Source: an uncultured Pseudomonadales bacterium (GTDB lineage Bacteria > Patescibacteriota > Microgenomatia > UBA1400 > PJMF01). From it: a stretch of DNA of 64,000 nt. Shown one piece after another: positions 39,471 through 50,000 of this stretch (position 1 is its first letter; each line of letters opens with the position of its first letter). The position numbers and the translations under genes were made by a program. The notes beneath the pieces are model-generated. The model ran no database searches. It was given only the letters and a program-made list of their open reading frames with translations, and had not been told where the DNA came from. The stretch spans positions 3,760 through 67,759 of the forward strand of contig CAYUQY010000004.1 of NCBI GenBank assembly GCA_964447075.1. The letters run 5' to 3'.

Positions 39471-41279
39471 CTAATTTAAGTTGCTGTTCTTTTTTAGCAA
39501 CCAACCTTGACGATAAGCTAAAATTAATCCACCAACTATGCTTAAAACAGTAGTTAGATCGCTCCACCATCTGACTGGAGTCTTGCCAAGCTGAAGCCCC
39601 ACTTTCTGCATACCTGGCTGAACATCAATTTGAATCGTACCTAAATCGCTTGGTCTAGTAGCCACTTCCTGGCCATCAACATAAGCCTTCCATCCAGGAA
39701 AGAAAACTGTGTGAAAGGAGAAACTGCCAGTAGATTGGACAGATATTTCTAGCAGCTTTTCTTGTGACCTATTCACAAGGACTTTGTTTTTGGAGCTATC
39801 ACAACTTGGACAAGTAATAAGTAGCTCTGCTTGGCTTAGTTCGAGGTCACTAGCTTCCATAAGGTTTTGCTTCTCACCTTTTTTAAGATCTAATGTAAGA
39901 GGGATGTAGTCAGGCAAAATACCACTCATTTTAGTCTGAATTTTGACAGGCTCTGTAAAGTACAAGGCTTCTGAGTTGTCCAAAAATGACTCTGGCTGAA
40001 AGTACTTTGCGTTGAGTAAAAAAGCACCTATTAAGACGATTGAGACAATCGGTACCATGGTTTTATTCTTTATGAATCCCAGTAACTGCCCGCAAAGAAG
40101 TGACAGGAAAACCACACCTACGCCCAAGAATCTCCATGGAAACTGAGCTGTCTGGAGAGGTTGGATGACATCCCAAATGGGCTTGGATTTTTCCAGAGAA
40201 AGAAACAGTGACCCGACCATCAAGCAAAAAATTAAGATGAACTGGGATGTAGCTAAATCTGCTAGCTTGAGCTGCTTTTTTATGAGAGAAATAAGGAACA
40301 GACCTAGTGACAGAACCACTGCTAGGAGCTGACCGTAACCCAAGAAAAAAGACATACCGTCGTCTGGTCCCCACGACGAGCCTGTAAATCCCCAGTTCGG
40401 GGTCAAAAATTGACGAATGTAGAGGAAGTGTTGAGAGTAGTGAAAGTAACCTCCCAAGATATCTTTTAAGTGGGTAAGATCTTTTTCTAGTAAAGCTGGA
40501 AAAAGATAAAAAGCTGTCAGACCCACGGCCAGTCCTGCCGATAGAAACAGAGCTTGAATCGACTTTTTCAGTGACAAACTATGCTCTTTCTTGTGTCTCT
40601 CTTGCCAAAGCATGCCTAGAGAAAATGCTGCAATAAAGGGCGCTGAGATCATGGTTGTGATGTTATGGCTTAAAAAAAGTGTGCATAAACTTAGGGTCAG
40701 AACTAGGCCACCATACTTTTCTCCTCTAACAACTTTCATAACTCCTAGAAGCACCCAAGGAAGAGACATAATGCCCCAGTTCTCAGAAACTGCTCCTCTA
40801 ACATAGAAGTTGACTGCCCTGTAAGGAGCTAAACTCAAGGCAGAGGACGAGACTAAAGCTGCCCAGACGCTACCATGAAGCTTCAAAGAAAGTAGGTAAC
40901 AACCCCAAAAAGTCAGAACAGCGCATAGAATATAAAGCAGTTTGATGCTCAAGATTGCATCTGGCCAGATCAAGTAGGCCATCCCACCCAAGTAGTACGG
41001 AAGTGGTGCATAGAAGATGTAGAGGGGCATGCCGTAGCCATAACCCAGATTGGCAGACCAACGCACCGGAACTTGGCCATCTGCGAGGCCTCTAGCCATC
41101 TCGACAACTCTGGCTGCATGGGTGTAGTCATGAACTCTGAAAAAAGTAGGCTCCAGCATGGGCACTAGAGTTGAAAAGATGCAGATCAGGGCTACTAAGG
41201 AAACCAGCCAAGCCTGCTTTTTCCAGATCTGAGACCACTTTAAACTGTACTTTGAACTGAAAAGTGACATGGGCTCCAT
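39471..41279 (-). CDS. Uncharacterised polytopic membrane protein, subfamily B (HD..H..R motif)
   Basis: 602 aa. TFFRVHDYTHAARVVEMARGLADGQVPVRWSANLGYGYGMPLY parallels ORFs 10696 and 17906. It ends in a C-terminal beta-rich domain plus a TM. Confidence 0.4.
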   Translation of the reverse strand: MEPMSLFSSKYSLKWSQIWKKQAWLVSLVALICIFSTLVPMLEPTFFRVHDYTHAARVVEMARGLADGQVPVRWSANLGYGYGMPLYIFYAPLPYYLGGMAYLIWPDAILSIKLLYILCAVLTFWGCYLLSLKLHGSVWAALVSSSALSLAPYRAVNFYVRGAVSENWGIMSLPWVLLGVMKVVRGEKYGGLVLTLSLCTLFLSHNITTMISAPFIAAFSLGMLWQERHKKEHSLSLKKSIQALFLSAGLAVGLTAFYLFPALLEKDLTHLKDILGGYFHYSQHFLYIRQFLTPNWGFTGSSWGPDDGMSFFLGYGQLLAVVLSLGLFLISLIKKQLKLADLATSQFILIFCLMVGSLFLSLEKSKPIWDVIQPLQTAQFPWRFLGVGVVFLSLLCGQLLGFIKNKTMVPIVSIVLIGAFLLNAKYFQPESFLDNSEALYFTEPVKIQTKMSGILPDYIPLTLDLKKGEKQNLMEASDLELSQAELLITCPSCDSSKNKVLVNRSQEKLLEISVQSTGSFSFHTVFFPGWKAYVDGQEVATRPSDLGTIQIDVQPGMQKVGLQLGKTPVRWWSDLTTVLSIVGGLILAYRQGWLLKKNSNLN

Positions 41280-41498
41280 TCTACCTGTGAAAGGCTGAAA
41301 AGTATCGGGCTCTGTTCTACTCCATCCTAACTTATGCCACAGTCACCTTGAAACCAGGTGTAGCTCTTTCTAGCCAACTGAGCTTTAGACCCTGATCTCT
41401 TGAGCTTAACACCTTAGCTTGAGCTTAAGGTGCCACTTCCCAGTCTTAGTTGTTCATCAATCGAGACTAATTACCAAATGACTAGTACAATGTGAGGA

Positions 41499-42572
41499 GT
41501 GACAGCAACCACAGCTCGGCTCCATTTACTCGCAGTCTTCAAGGCTTTTTTTTGGCTATGTTTTTTTATCCTCTGCTTAGGAGTAATTATTTTGGGAGTT
41601 CTAGGAGTTTATTTCTGGGGCAAGCTTTCCGACTTCACTACTACAGCCAAGATTACTCCTGAGGCTCTCCATGAGCTTATCAAAACTGGTGTCGCCACCA
41701 AACCAAGACAGACTCATGATAGATCACTTTTCTTAGTCTTGGGCAGTGATGAGCTAGCTGGACGACCTGGGCTTCCCACGCTAACTGACAGCATACTCTT
41801 AGTCACTGTAGACGCTCAGCATGCCAAGATTTCTACCCTTAGCATCCCTCGAGATCTCTGGAGTAGTGAGTTCAAAACTCGCTTTAACTCTCTCTACGAG
41901 TATGGCAAAAAAAAATACCCTGATGAGCCTGAGAAGTTGGTCAGAGAGGCTCTCGAAAGTACTCTTCAACTCAAGATAGACTACACTCTTGTCATCACCA
42001 TCGAACAGCTTCAAGAGTTGATAGATGCTCTAGGAGGTGTGGATGTAGACGTCAAGGAATCTTTTGTCGATACTAGCTTCCCCAGAGCAGATGTCGACGT
42101 GACTGTAGAACGCAGTCCCACTAAACTCTTCGAAACCATTTCTTTCGCAAGTGGTGTCGAGCACATGAGTGGCGAGAGAGCCCTCAAGTACATGCGCAGT
42201 CGTCATGCAACTGGAACGCAAGGTAGTGATACAGCTAGAGCCGAGCGACAGCAGACTGTTTTTGCAGCCATACTTGCCCTTACAAAGCAACGCAGCTTCT
42301 TTTTTGATACTTCAAGACTAGGCGTCCTCTTTTCTTTTTACAAAAAAAACTTTGATCACTTCTTCCCCATGACTGAAGCTATCGGCTTAACTTACCAAGC
42401 CTTCCCCAAAATAATGCAACTTCAGTTTGCCTCACACGAACTAGCAGTATTTCCAGAAAATCCTGATGGCGTAATCACTCATCCTCTGCCTAATAAATAT
42501 GGCGGTCAGTGGGTCTGGGAGATTAAAGATAAAACTAAACTCCAGGAGTTCGTCAAGAAAGCGCTTTTTTGA
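41499..42572 (+). CDS. LytR-CpsA-Psr (LCP) family glycopolymer phosphotransferase
   Basis: An N-terminal TM anchor, then LFLVLGSDELAGRPGLPTLTDSILLVTVDAQHAKISTLSIPRDLW, the LCP core with its conserved R/D residues. The start codon is a GTG. Confidence 0.8.
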   Translation: MTATTARLHLLAVFKAFFWLCFFILCLGVIILGVLGVYFWGKLSDFTTTAKITPEALHELIKTGVATKPRQTHDRSLFLVLGSDELAGRPGLPTLTDSILLVTVDAQHAKISTLSIPRDLWSSEFKTRFNSLYEYGKKKYPDEPEKLVREALESTLQLKIDYTLVITIEQLQELIDALGGVDVDVKESFVDTSFPRADVDVTVERSPTKLFETISFASGVEHMSGERALKYMRSRHATGTQGSDTARAERQQTVFAAILALTKQRSFFFDTSRLGVLFSFYKKNFDHFFPMTEAIGLTYQAFPKIMQLQFASHELAVFPENPDGVITHPLPNKYGGQWVWEIKDKTKLQEFVKKALF

Positions 42573-42825
42573 TACAATGTAGCAACCTTACTACGCAAGC
42601 TCACTTTTTAGACAAGCAATCCAGTCAAGTTCTTTGGTGAAGACTATCTATCTAACATGATATTTGCAAACACTCACTACCCCAACCTCTTAAGAATCTG
42701 CCTTGTAGTGATTGTCTGCTTGGCACTTGCAGCTGGCTACTACAGCGACGCAGTTTCTCTTTCTCTCAAAAAATATCAACTTTTAGAATCAAGGTAGCTC
42801 TCGAGTACTTCAAAAAAGGATTACG

Positions 42826-43842
42826 ATGCAAAAAACAATCATGGTCACAGGTGGAGCTGGTTTTATCGGAAGTAATTTTATCCGCCACTGGCTTAAAAAT
42901 TACCCTGACAACAGGATAATCAACTTTGATGCTCTAACCTATGCCGGAAATCTATCTAGTCTCAAAGACATAGAGAGCCTACCCAACTATCGCTTTGTCA
43001 AAGGGGACATTAGAAAAGTTGAGCAAGTAGAGCCAATTGTGGCTGAGTCCGACCTGGTCGTGCACTTTGCAGCTGAGAGCCACGTAGATCGCTCGATTCT
43101 TGGACCTCAAGAGTTCATCCAAACAAATGTCGTAGGCACACAGGTTCTTTTAGACTGTGCTGTAAAAACAAAGCTAAAACACTTTCACCATGTTTCGACT
43201 GACGAAGTCTTTGGCTCGCTTGAGTTAGAAAGTTCTGAAAAATTTGACGAAAGCAGACGCTATGATCCCAGAAGTCCTTACTCTGCCAGCAAGGCGGCTT
43301 CTGATCACTTAGTGAGAGCCTATGGCGACACTTATGGTCTCAACTACACTCTGACCAACTGCTCCAACAACTATGGTGAGTACCACTTCCCAGAAAAATT
43401 TATTCCTCTGGCAATCACCCAAGTTCTGGAAGGCAAGAAAGTACCTGTCTATGGTGATGGCCTCAACGTGAGGGACTGGCTCTATGTCCAAGATCACTGC
43501 CGAGCGATTGATCTAGTAATTAACCACGGTAAGTCGCAGCAGACCTACCTTGTTGGCGGCATGAGTCATGATGTGAGCAATCTAGAGCTGATCAAGCTCA
43601 CCCTCAAACTAATGGGGAAAAGCGAAGATATGATCGAGTATGTCAAAGATAGACCAGGTCATGACCGTCGTTACGCAGTCAATTGGAGTCACATCAACAG
43701 CACTCTTGGCTGGAAACCATCGGTCTCACTTGAAGAAGGTCTGACCAAAACTATAGCCTGGTACTCAAACAACGAGAGTTGGTGGAAGCCACTCAAAACT
43801 AAAGCTCAAGAATTTTTTACCCAAAACTATAAAACAATCTGA
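42826..43842 (+). CDS. rfbB: dTDP-glucose 4,6-dehydratase
   Basis: IMVTGGAGFIGSNFIRH, HVSTDEVFG, YSASKAASDHLVRAY and NCSNNYGEYHFPEKFIP match RmlB end to end. An AAGGA SD lies upstream. Confidence 0.9.
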   Translation: MQKTIMVTGGAGFIGSNFIRHWLKNYPDNRIINFDALTYAGNLSSLKDIESLPNYRFVKGDIRKVEQVEPIVAESDLVVHFAAESHVDRSILGPQEFIQTNVVGTQVLLDCAVKTKLKHFHHVSTDEVFGSLELESSEKFDESRRYDPRSPYSASKAASDHLVRAYGDTYGLNYTLTNCSNNYGEYHFPEKFIPLAITQVLEGKKVPVYGDGLNVRDWLYVQDHCRAIDLVINHGKSQQTYLVGGMSHDVSNLELIKLTLKLMGKSEDMIEYVKDRPGHDRRYAVNWSHINSTLGWKPSVSLEEGLTKTIAWYSNNESWWKPLKTKAQEFFTQNYKTI

Positions 43843-43843
43843 A

Positions 43844-43863
43844 GTAGAGACTCTACTGAGTCT
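43844..43863 (+). terminator. Weak hairpin immediately after the rfbB stop, followed by an A/T-rich tract
   Basis: agactc-tact-gagtct at 43848-43863 (6-bp stem, 4-nt loop), then aaatattaattt. There is no clean U-run, so terminator function is uncertain. Confidence 0.2.
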
Positions 43864-43939
43864 AAATATTAATTTCACAAAGTAAGATTATTAACTGTAC
43901 CAGATTACAAAATCAGAAATTTTATTTTTAGAAAGCTGT

Positions 43940-44833
43940 ATGTCAAAAATTCCAGTCCTAGGCACAGGCCTGAATGGCCTAGTAGGCTCAAAACTTGCAA
44001 GCGACTTTGCTACGAGCTACGACTTTGATAATCTTGATCTATCAGATCCAAAAAGACCTGTAGACATTACAAAGTACGACGATGTAGCTCAGGTTTTTGA
44101 GAGCTCAAAGGCAGAAGTGGTCGTCCACTTTGCCGCCTTCACCGATGTCACAAAAGCATGGGCTCAGAATGGTGACAAATCTGGTTCAGCCTATAGAGTA
44201 AATGTCATTGGGACCCAAAATATAGTTCAGGCAGCTGAAGCAACTGGCAAACACTTGATTCACATCTCCACAGCCTATGTTTTTGATGGGAACAAGGATG
44301 AGCTCTATGTTGAGACAGATCTGCCAAATCCAATTGAGTGGTACGGTCAAACCAAACTTCTAGCGGAGGAGGCAGTCCTAGAGATGGGTCACAAGGCAAG
44401 TATTTTGCGTATTGATCAGCCTTTTAGATCTGACGTGCATCTGCGCAAAGATATTGTGAGACGACTACTAGAGAGCATGAGTTCCGGAAAGCTCTATCCC
44501 CAGTTCGTTGATCACAGTTTTGGGCCTACTTGGATAGATGATTTTGCCAAGGTCATAGACTGGTTTATACGGACCAAAAGTACTGGAGTTTTTCACGCAA
44601 GTAGTGGTGAGAGTTGGAGTGACTTTGAGTTCGCAGTTAAGCTCAAGAATCTCTTTTATCCAGATGTTGAGATTGTAAAAGGACACCTTGGTGAGTATCT
44701 TAAAACCCTGGGTAGGCCCTATCAAAAAAACACGGCTATGTCCAACCAAAAGCTGGTTAAGAGCTTGGATTTTAAATTGAAGAGCATTAACCAAGCTTTA
44801 GAGATGGTGATACTTGACAAAGCAATCACTTAA
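43940..44833 (+). CDS. rfbD: dTDP-4-dehydrorhamnose reductase
   Basis: VLGTGLNGLVGSKL, HISTAYVFDG and YGQTKLLAEE are RmlD substrate-binding-family motifs. Confidence 0.85.
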   Translation: MSKIPVLGTGLNGLVGSKLASDFATSYDFDNLDLSDPKRPVDITKYDDVAQVFESSKAEVVVHFAAFTDVTKAWAQNGDKSGSAYRVNVIGTQNIVQAAEATGKHLIHISTAYVFDGNKDELYVETDLPNPIEWYGQTKLLAEEAVLEMGHKASILRIDQPFRSDVHLRKDIVRRLLESMSSGKLYPQFVDHSFGPTWIDDFAKVIDWFIRTKSTGVFHASSGESWSDFEFAVKLKNLFYPDVEIVKGHLGEYLKTLGRPYQKNTAMSNQKLVKSLDFKLKSINQALEMVILDKAIT

Positions 44834-44850
44834 TCGCACTTCATCTCGCC

Positions 44851-47034
44851 ATGTTCAAAGTCAAGTTTAGAAAAAAGTATTTTAGTAGCATTTTAATCTT
44901 ACTTTTTTTTTGCATAATTTTTTTCCTCTCCTGGTGGACAGATCCCACACCTCAACTTCAAGGGACACTCCTCATCTATGACAGGCACGGTAAGCTTATT
45001 TATCAACAAGCTGGAGCCGTGGTCAGACGAAAGCAAAATGTCTCTTTAGACCAAGTACCAAAGATGCTCCAGGAGGCTGTAGTTCTCACTGAGGATGAAA
45101 GATTCTGGCAACACCTTGGCTTTGATCCGCTGGCCATACTCAGAGCTAGCTACGACAACAGTGCTAGTGGTGAAGTCAGGTCAGGAGCCAGCACCATCAC
45201 CCAACAACTGATCCGCATCACTGTCATCTCTCCCTACTCTCGCGCTCCCAACACTCTGACGCGTAAACTGCAAGAAGTTTTGATGGCAACAAGGTTAACC
45301 TTTGCCAAAACCAAGAATCAAGTGCTGGAAACTTACCTAAATGAAGTTCATCTTGGGCACGGTACGTATGGAGTAGAAGCTGCTTCTCGATACTACTTTG
45401 ATCGAACTGTTTCTGGACTCTCGATATCTCAGTCTGCCCTGCTAGCTGGCCTTATAGCCAATCCTTCTGCCTTTGATCCTTTTGATTTTCCCAAACAAGC
45501 CACTTCACGACGCAATAAAGTTCTTCAAAAGATGCTAGATGCTGGAGCAATAGATGCAGAACAACTGAGTATTTCTCAGATAGAGCCACTACCCACAGTA
45601 GCTCATGCCCAAAACATAGTCTCTCCTCACTTTGTCCAAATGGTGATCAGCGAGCTTGAAAAACTGAAACTCTGGCCAAGTAGTGAAGGCTTAGTTGTTC
45701 AGACAACTCTCGATTCTGACTGGCAAAAAGTAGTTGAGTCGACAGCGACACTTCAGATAGAAAAAATTAAAGTCGATCATCTTGCTTCCAATGCTGGAGT
45801 GGTAGTACTTGAAAATAAATCTGGGAAGATTTTAGCTCTCTTGGGTAGTGTAGGTTTTGAGGATGTTCAGCTGCAAGGTCAAAACAACATGGTTTTGGCT
45901 CAAAGACAGCCTGGATCAGCGTTTAAACCCCTCACTTACGCAGCTGCTTTTCAAAACGGAGTCATAACCCCTGATACGCTTATTGATGATCGAGCCAAAG
46001 CTTATCTGACTAAATCAGGTGAAGGCTTTATTCCCAACAACTATGATGGTCGCTATCATGGCTTGGTAAGCGCCCGCACGGCGTTAGCATCCTCATACAA
46101 CGCTCCTGCTGTGGAAGTCTTAAGCCGGGTCTCAGTCGGCAAGACTTTAGAGTTTGCCAAAAAACTTGGCATCTCCACTTTGCGCTCAGTTGACAACTAC
46201 GACTTGGCTTTAACCCTAGGTGGTGGAGAGGTAAATCTGTTAGAGCTCACTAACGCTTATGCAACTTTTGCTAGACGGGGTCAAAGTAAACGGACATTTT
46301 TCATCAACTCAGTCACTAACTCTGGGGGCGCACAACTCTATAGCCACGTCGATGACGTGACTGATAGAGTCATGGATGAAAAAACAGCCGATCAAATCAA
46401 TGAAATCCTCAGCGACACCACAGCTAGAATGCCAGGATTTGGACAGAGATCTCCTCTGGAAACTGCCGTTCAGGCTGCTGTCAAAACCGGCACTACTACA
46501 GACTGGCACGACAACTGGACGATAGGCTACACGCCCACCCACACAGTAGGAGTCTGGGTAGGTAACTCTGACAACTCCCCCATGCGTCGGATCACAGGTG
46601 TAACAGGAGCTGCTCCAATTTGGCATGAGATTATAGAGTTACTATCTGCAAACGCACCAAACACTAAGTTTGTGCGTCCTGGACAAGAAACAAGTTTTCA
46701 GCAAAATATCACAGTTGAAGATGATCAGGATGATAGTCTTTTACAAATTATTAGTCCTAAACACTTAAGTACTTTTGAAGTTTTGCCTTCAAGACTGGAG
46801 ACACTTAGTCTTGAAGTCACTCCTTATAAACTAGTAGTTTCGGTAGATTGGTATCTGGATCATCAACTCCTTGAGCTGTCCGAGTGTCAAGTAAGCTCAA
46901 AAACCAGCTGCCAATGGAGAGCTACTAGAATCGGTGAACATACTCTCTTTGCTGTGGCACATCTAGATAACGGCTCAAAAATTAAGCTTGATGAGCTTAA
47001 GTTTTCAGTTCAGGAATACAAGAAGGAGTGGTAA
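44851..47034 (+). CDS. Class A penicillin-binding protein (GT51 transglycosylase plus transpeptidase; PBP1C-like context)
   Basis: An N-terminal TM anchor. GT51 motifs EDERFWQHLGFD and TYLNEVHLGHGTYGVEAASRYYF. Transpeptidase motifs SAFKP (SxxK), SYN and KTGTT. Confidence 0.85.
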   Translation: MFKVKFRKKYFSSILILLFFCIIFFLSWWTDPTPQLQGTLLIYDRHGKLIYQQAGAVVRRKQNVSLDQVPKMLQEAVVLTEDERFWQHLGFDPLAILRASYDNSASGEVRSGASTITQQLIRITVISPYSRAPNTLTRKLQEVLMATRLTFAKTKNQVLETYLNEVHLGHGTYGVEAASRYYFDRTVSGLSISQSALLAGLIANPSAFDPFDFPKQATSRRNKVLQKMLDAGAIDAEQLSISQIEPLPTVAHAQNIVSPHFVQMVISELEKLKLWPSSEGLVVQTTLDSDWQKVVESTATLQIEKIKVDHLASNAGVVVLENKSGKILALLGSVGFEDVQLQGQNNMVLAQRQPGSAFKPLTYAAAFQNGVITPDTLIDDRAKAYLTKSGEGFIPNNYDGRYHGLVSARTALASSYNAPAVEVLSRVSVGKTLEFAKKLGISTLRSVDNYDLALTLGGGEVNLLELTNAYATFARRGQSKRTFFINSVTNSGGAQLYSHVDDVTDRVMDEKTADQINEILSDTTARMPGFGQRSPLETAVQAAVKTGTTTDWHDNWTIGYTPTHTVGVWVGNSDNSPMRRITGVTGAAPIWHEIIELLSANAPNTKFVRPGQETSFQQNITVEDDQDDSLLQIISPKHLSTFEVLPSRLETLSLEVTPYKLVVSVDWYLDHQLLELSECQVSSKTSCQWRATRIGEHTLFAVAHLDNGSKIKLDELKFSVQEYKKEW

Positions 47035-47063
47035 AATTACCTTTGAGGTCGAGAGACTTAATA

Positions 47064-50000
47064 ATGAAAACCAAGTCACGTCTGCCCCCACAACCACTCT
47101 GGACAAAAGCTTTTTCTATGTTGAGGAAGTTTCAGAAAAAGTTACGACTGCTTACAGCAAAAAAACTACCACAACTGTCAAAGATATTTTCCTCGAGGCT
47201 AAAACTAATAGTCTTTGACTGGAAAAGATTTTTAGCCTCAGATCGCGTGAGTCTAGTTCAAGAGCTAGCACTTAACTCATTTAGGCAGCTAAAAACTTTT
47301 GCTATTTTCCTCAAAAAATATTTTCTCACTAGAGTAAGCCAGTTTGTCACTAACTTTAGAACGGCTTCTCTAAGAACAAAAGTCCGACTCTTAATTCTAC
47401 CAGTATTTTTGTGCCTCCTGGCTCTCTTTACCTGGCAGTCTAGCTCTCTTTTCACACCCCCAAAAGTTGTAGTCACATTTCCCGACAGTCAGTCTCGAGA
47501 TGTTTCCGTCGCCACCAAGGTTACTATCCAGTTTGATCGACCTATGCTGAGTCAGCACTTTGGTACTCCTCTCAAGTTTGGAAAAACTACTGCATCCGAG
47601 CTAACTCCAGTGCAGTTTTCTAGTGATGAAAAACCAGATTCAGTTTCCTGGCAAGGCAGCAACACTCTGAGCTTCACTCCTGCTTCCCCGCTTGAGAGAA
47701 ATACTGAGTACATCCTGAAGGTTGATCGTGGTTTGTTCTCAAGTTACTTTGTACCGCTGTGGCAGGCACAGACTGTCAAGTTTACGACAGAAGGCGATCC
47801 CAAAATTTTACTTGCCTCACCTCAAGGAGAAATTCTGGAGAAAAAACCAATCATCACGATTATGTTTGACCGCCCTATGGTCCCAGTCACTCTGGAGGGC
47901 AAAGAAGCTGATGACAGTAGTGACATGCTGAAGTCACCTCTGATCTTTATCCCCCTAGTTCCTGGCAGCGGCAGGTGGCTAGGTAGCTCTGCCTATGAGT
48001 GGACTCCAGATAAAAACCTAGCTCCAGCCACTACCTTTCAGTATGGGGTGGCCCCAGGTCTCAAAGCACAAGATGGCTCACAAATGCTCCAATCTCACAG
48101 CTTTAGTTTTGAAACAGAGAGCCCACACGTAGCTCTTCCAGTCTGTACTGGATCTCAGATGGAGTGTGAGTCATTTGAGTCCCAGAATGCAAACACTGTC
48201 ACTGTACCAGCTAGTGGTGAAAAGTATGCCAATATTGCTACTCCGATAGTAGTCAACCTTAACTTGCCGGTAACTCTTGAGTCAGCGCAAAGTAGCGTAA
48301 AACTCTTTGCCGAGAGAGGAGCTACCACTCTTCGAGATGTGCCAGCCACCATTCAAGTTCATAAAAAACAGATAATCCTGACCCCAAATCAACCTCTTGA
48401 GCGAGAACTCAGCTATAGGATTCAGATTTCCCCTGGCTTAAAAACACTCGGAGGGCCAAATCAATCGAAAGATAGTTACTCCTTCTACTTCAAAACCGCT
48501 CCTCTGCCCAAAGTCCTAAGCTCAGATCCCAGTGATGGTACCAAGAACTCTGACGAAACATCTCAACTAAAAGTGAAGTTCAACGCCCCGATGAAGCAGT
48601 CAAGCTTCAATGGACGACTCCACATTGATCCACTCCCTAAGGGCGATCTTGATCTCTACTTCTCCAACTACTCCGATAACAATACTTTGAGCATCAACAG
48701 CAGCTTCGAGAGATCAACCAGCTACAAAGTCACGCTAGACCCTGAAGTTGTTGATCAGCACGGCACTCCTCTTGGTAAATCATTTCAATTTTCTTTTGAG
48801 ACTGCCCCATATGATTCAACTGTAGTGATCGAGCCATCTGGCACCTACTTTGCCACTTTTAGTCAGAGTCTCGGTCCAAAATTTCTAGTCAGATCTAGGA
48901 ACACCAGTTCAGTATCTGTAGATGTATTTAAGATTGATAGGTCATCATTTTTGGAGTTGTATCGAGCTAGACAGAACTATCAAGAAAGTGAAGAGTTTCG
49001 ATCCTGGCAGTACTTTAGCACCCAGAAACTATCCAAACTTAATTCTTGGCAGATACCTATCGAGTCTCCGCTTAATGTCTCCAAAAAAATGGTTCTAGAA
49101 CTAAAAGATGATAAGGGTCAAAAACTACCAGCTGGCATGTATCTACTGGATCTCTCAGTTCCCAAAGGCAAGCGTCGTGATCGGACAGTGGTCATCATCT
49201 CTGACTCAGCTACAACCTTCAAGATCTCACCTCAAGATATGCTCATCTGGGCAGTTAATCAGTCAAACGGTCAGCCGATATCCAAGCAAAACATAGAGAT
49301 TACAGACAAAGTTGGTGAGTCACAGGGCTTAGGTCAGACCAACTCAGATGGAGTTTGGCAGCTGCACGACTCAATGCCGTACTCAAGACTACTTGAAAAA
49401 AACAAAGGCCAGCTAGTTTTGTTTGCCTTTCTCAAAGAAGGCGACAACGAAACAGTCGTTGCCTCTGACTGGTCAAGTGGCCTTGATGGCAGCGACTTTG
49501 GATTAAACAGCTCCTACTACCCCACAAAGACAAATGATAAACAAAATGAAGTTTATTTACTGATAGATCGACCGATCTATCGGCCTGGTCAAAAAGTCTA
49601 CTACAAAGGCGTAGTGCGTAGGCGTCAAGACAACAACTACACCCTTCCCACCCCTAACTCGCCACTTCAACTGACTGTCCATGATAGCCAGAACAAGGAA
49701 ATATACGCTACTACTGTCACGACATCTTCAGCTGGGAGTTTTGCAGGCGAGTTTAGCTTGGGACAGTCTGGTAAAGTCGGGGAGCACTCTCTAGTGGTCA
49801 AGATGGGAGAGACGCAAGCCTCTCAAGATTTCCAAGTCGAGATGTTTAGAACTCCAGAATTTGCAGTCAAAATACTTACTCCACAACAACTACTTATAGA
49901 TGAGCTTATCAAGCCCACTATCTCAGCCTCTTACTACTTTGGAGCTCCTCTTCCTAGAGCAAAGGTCAGCTGGAGCCTGACAGGGCAGGATGCTCCTTAC

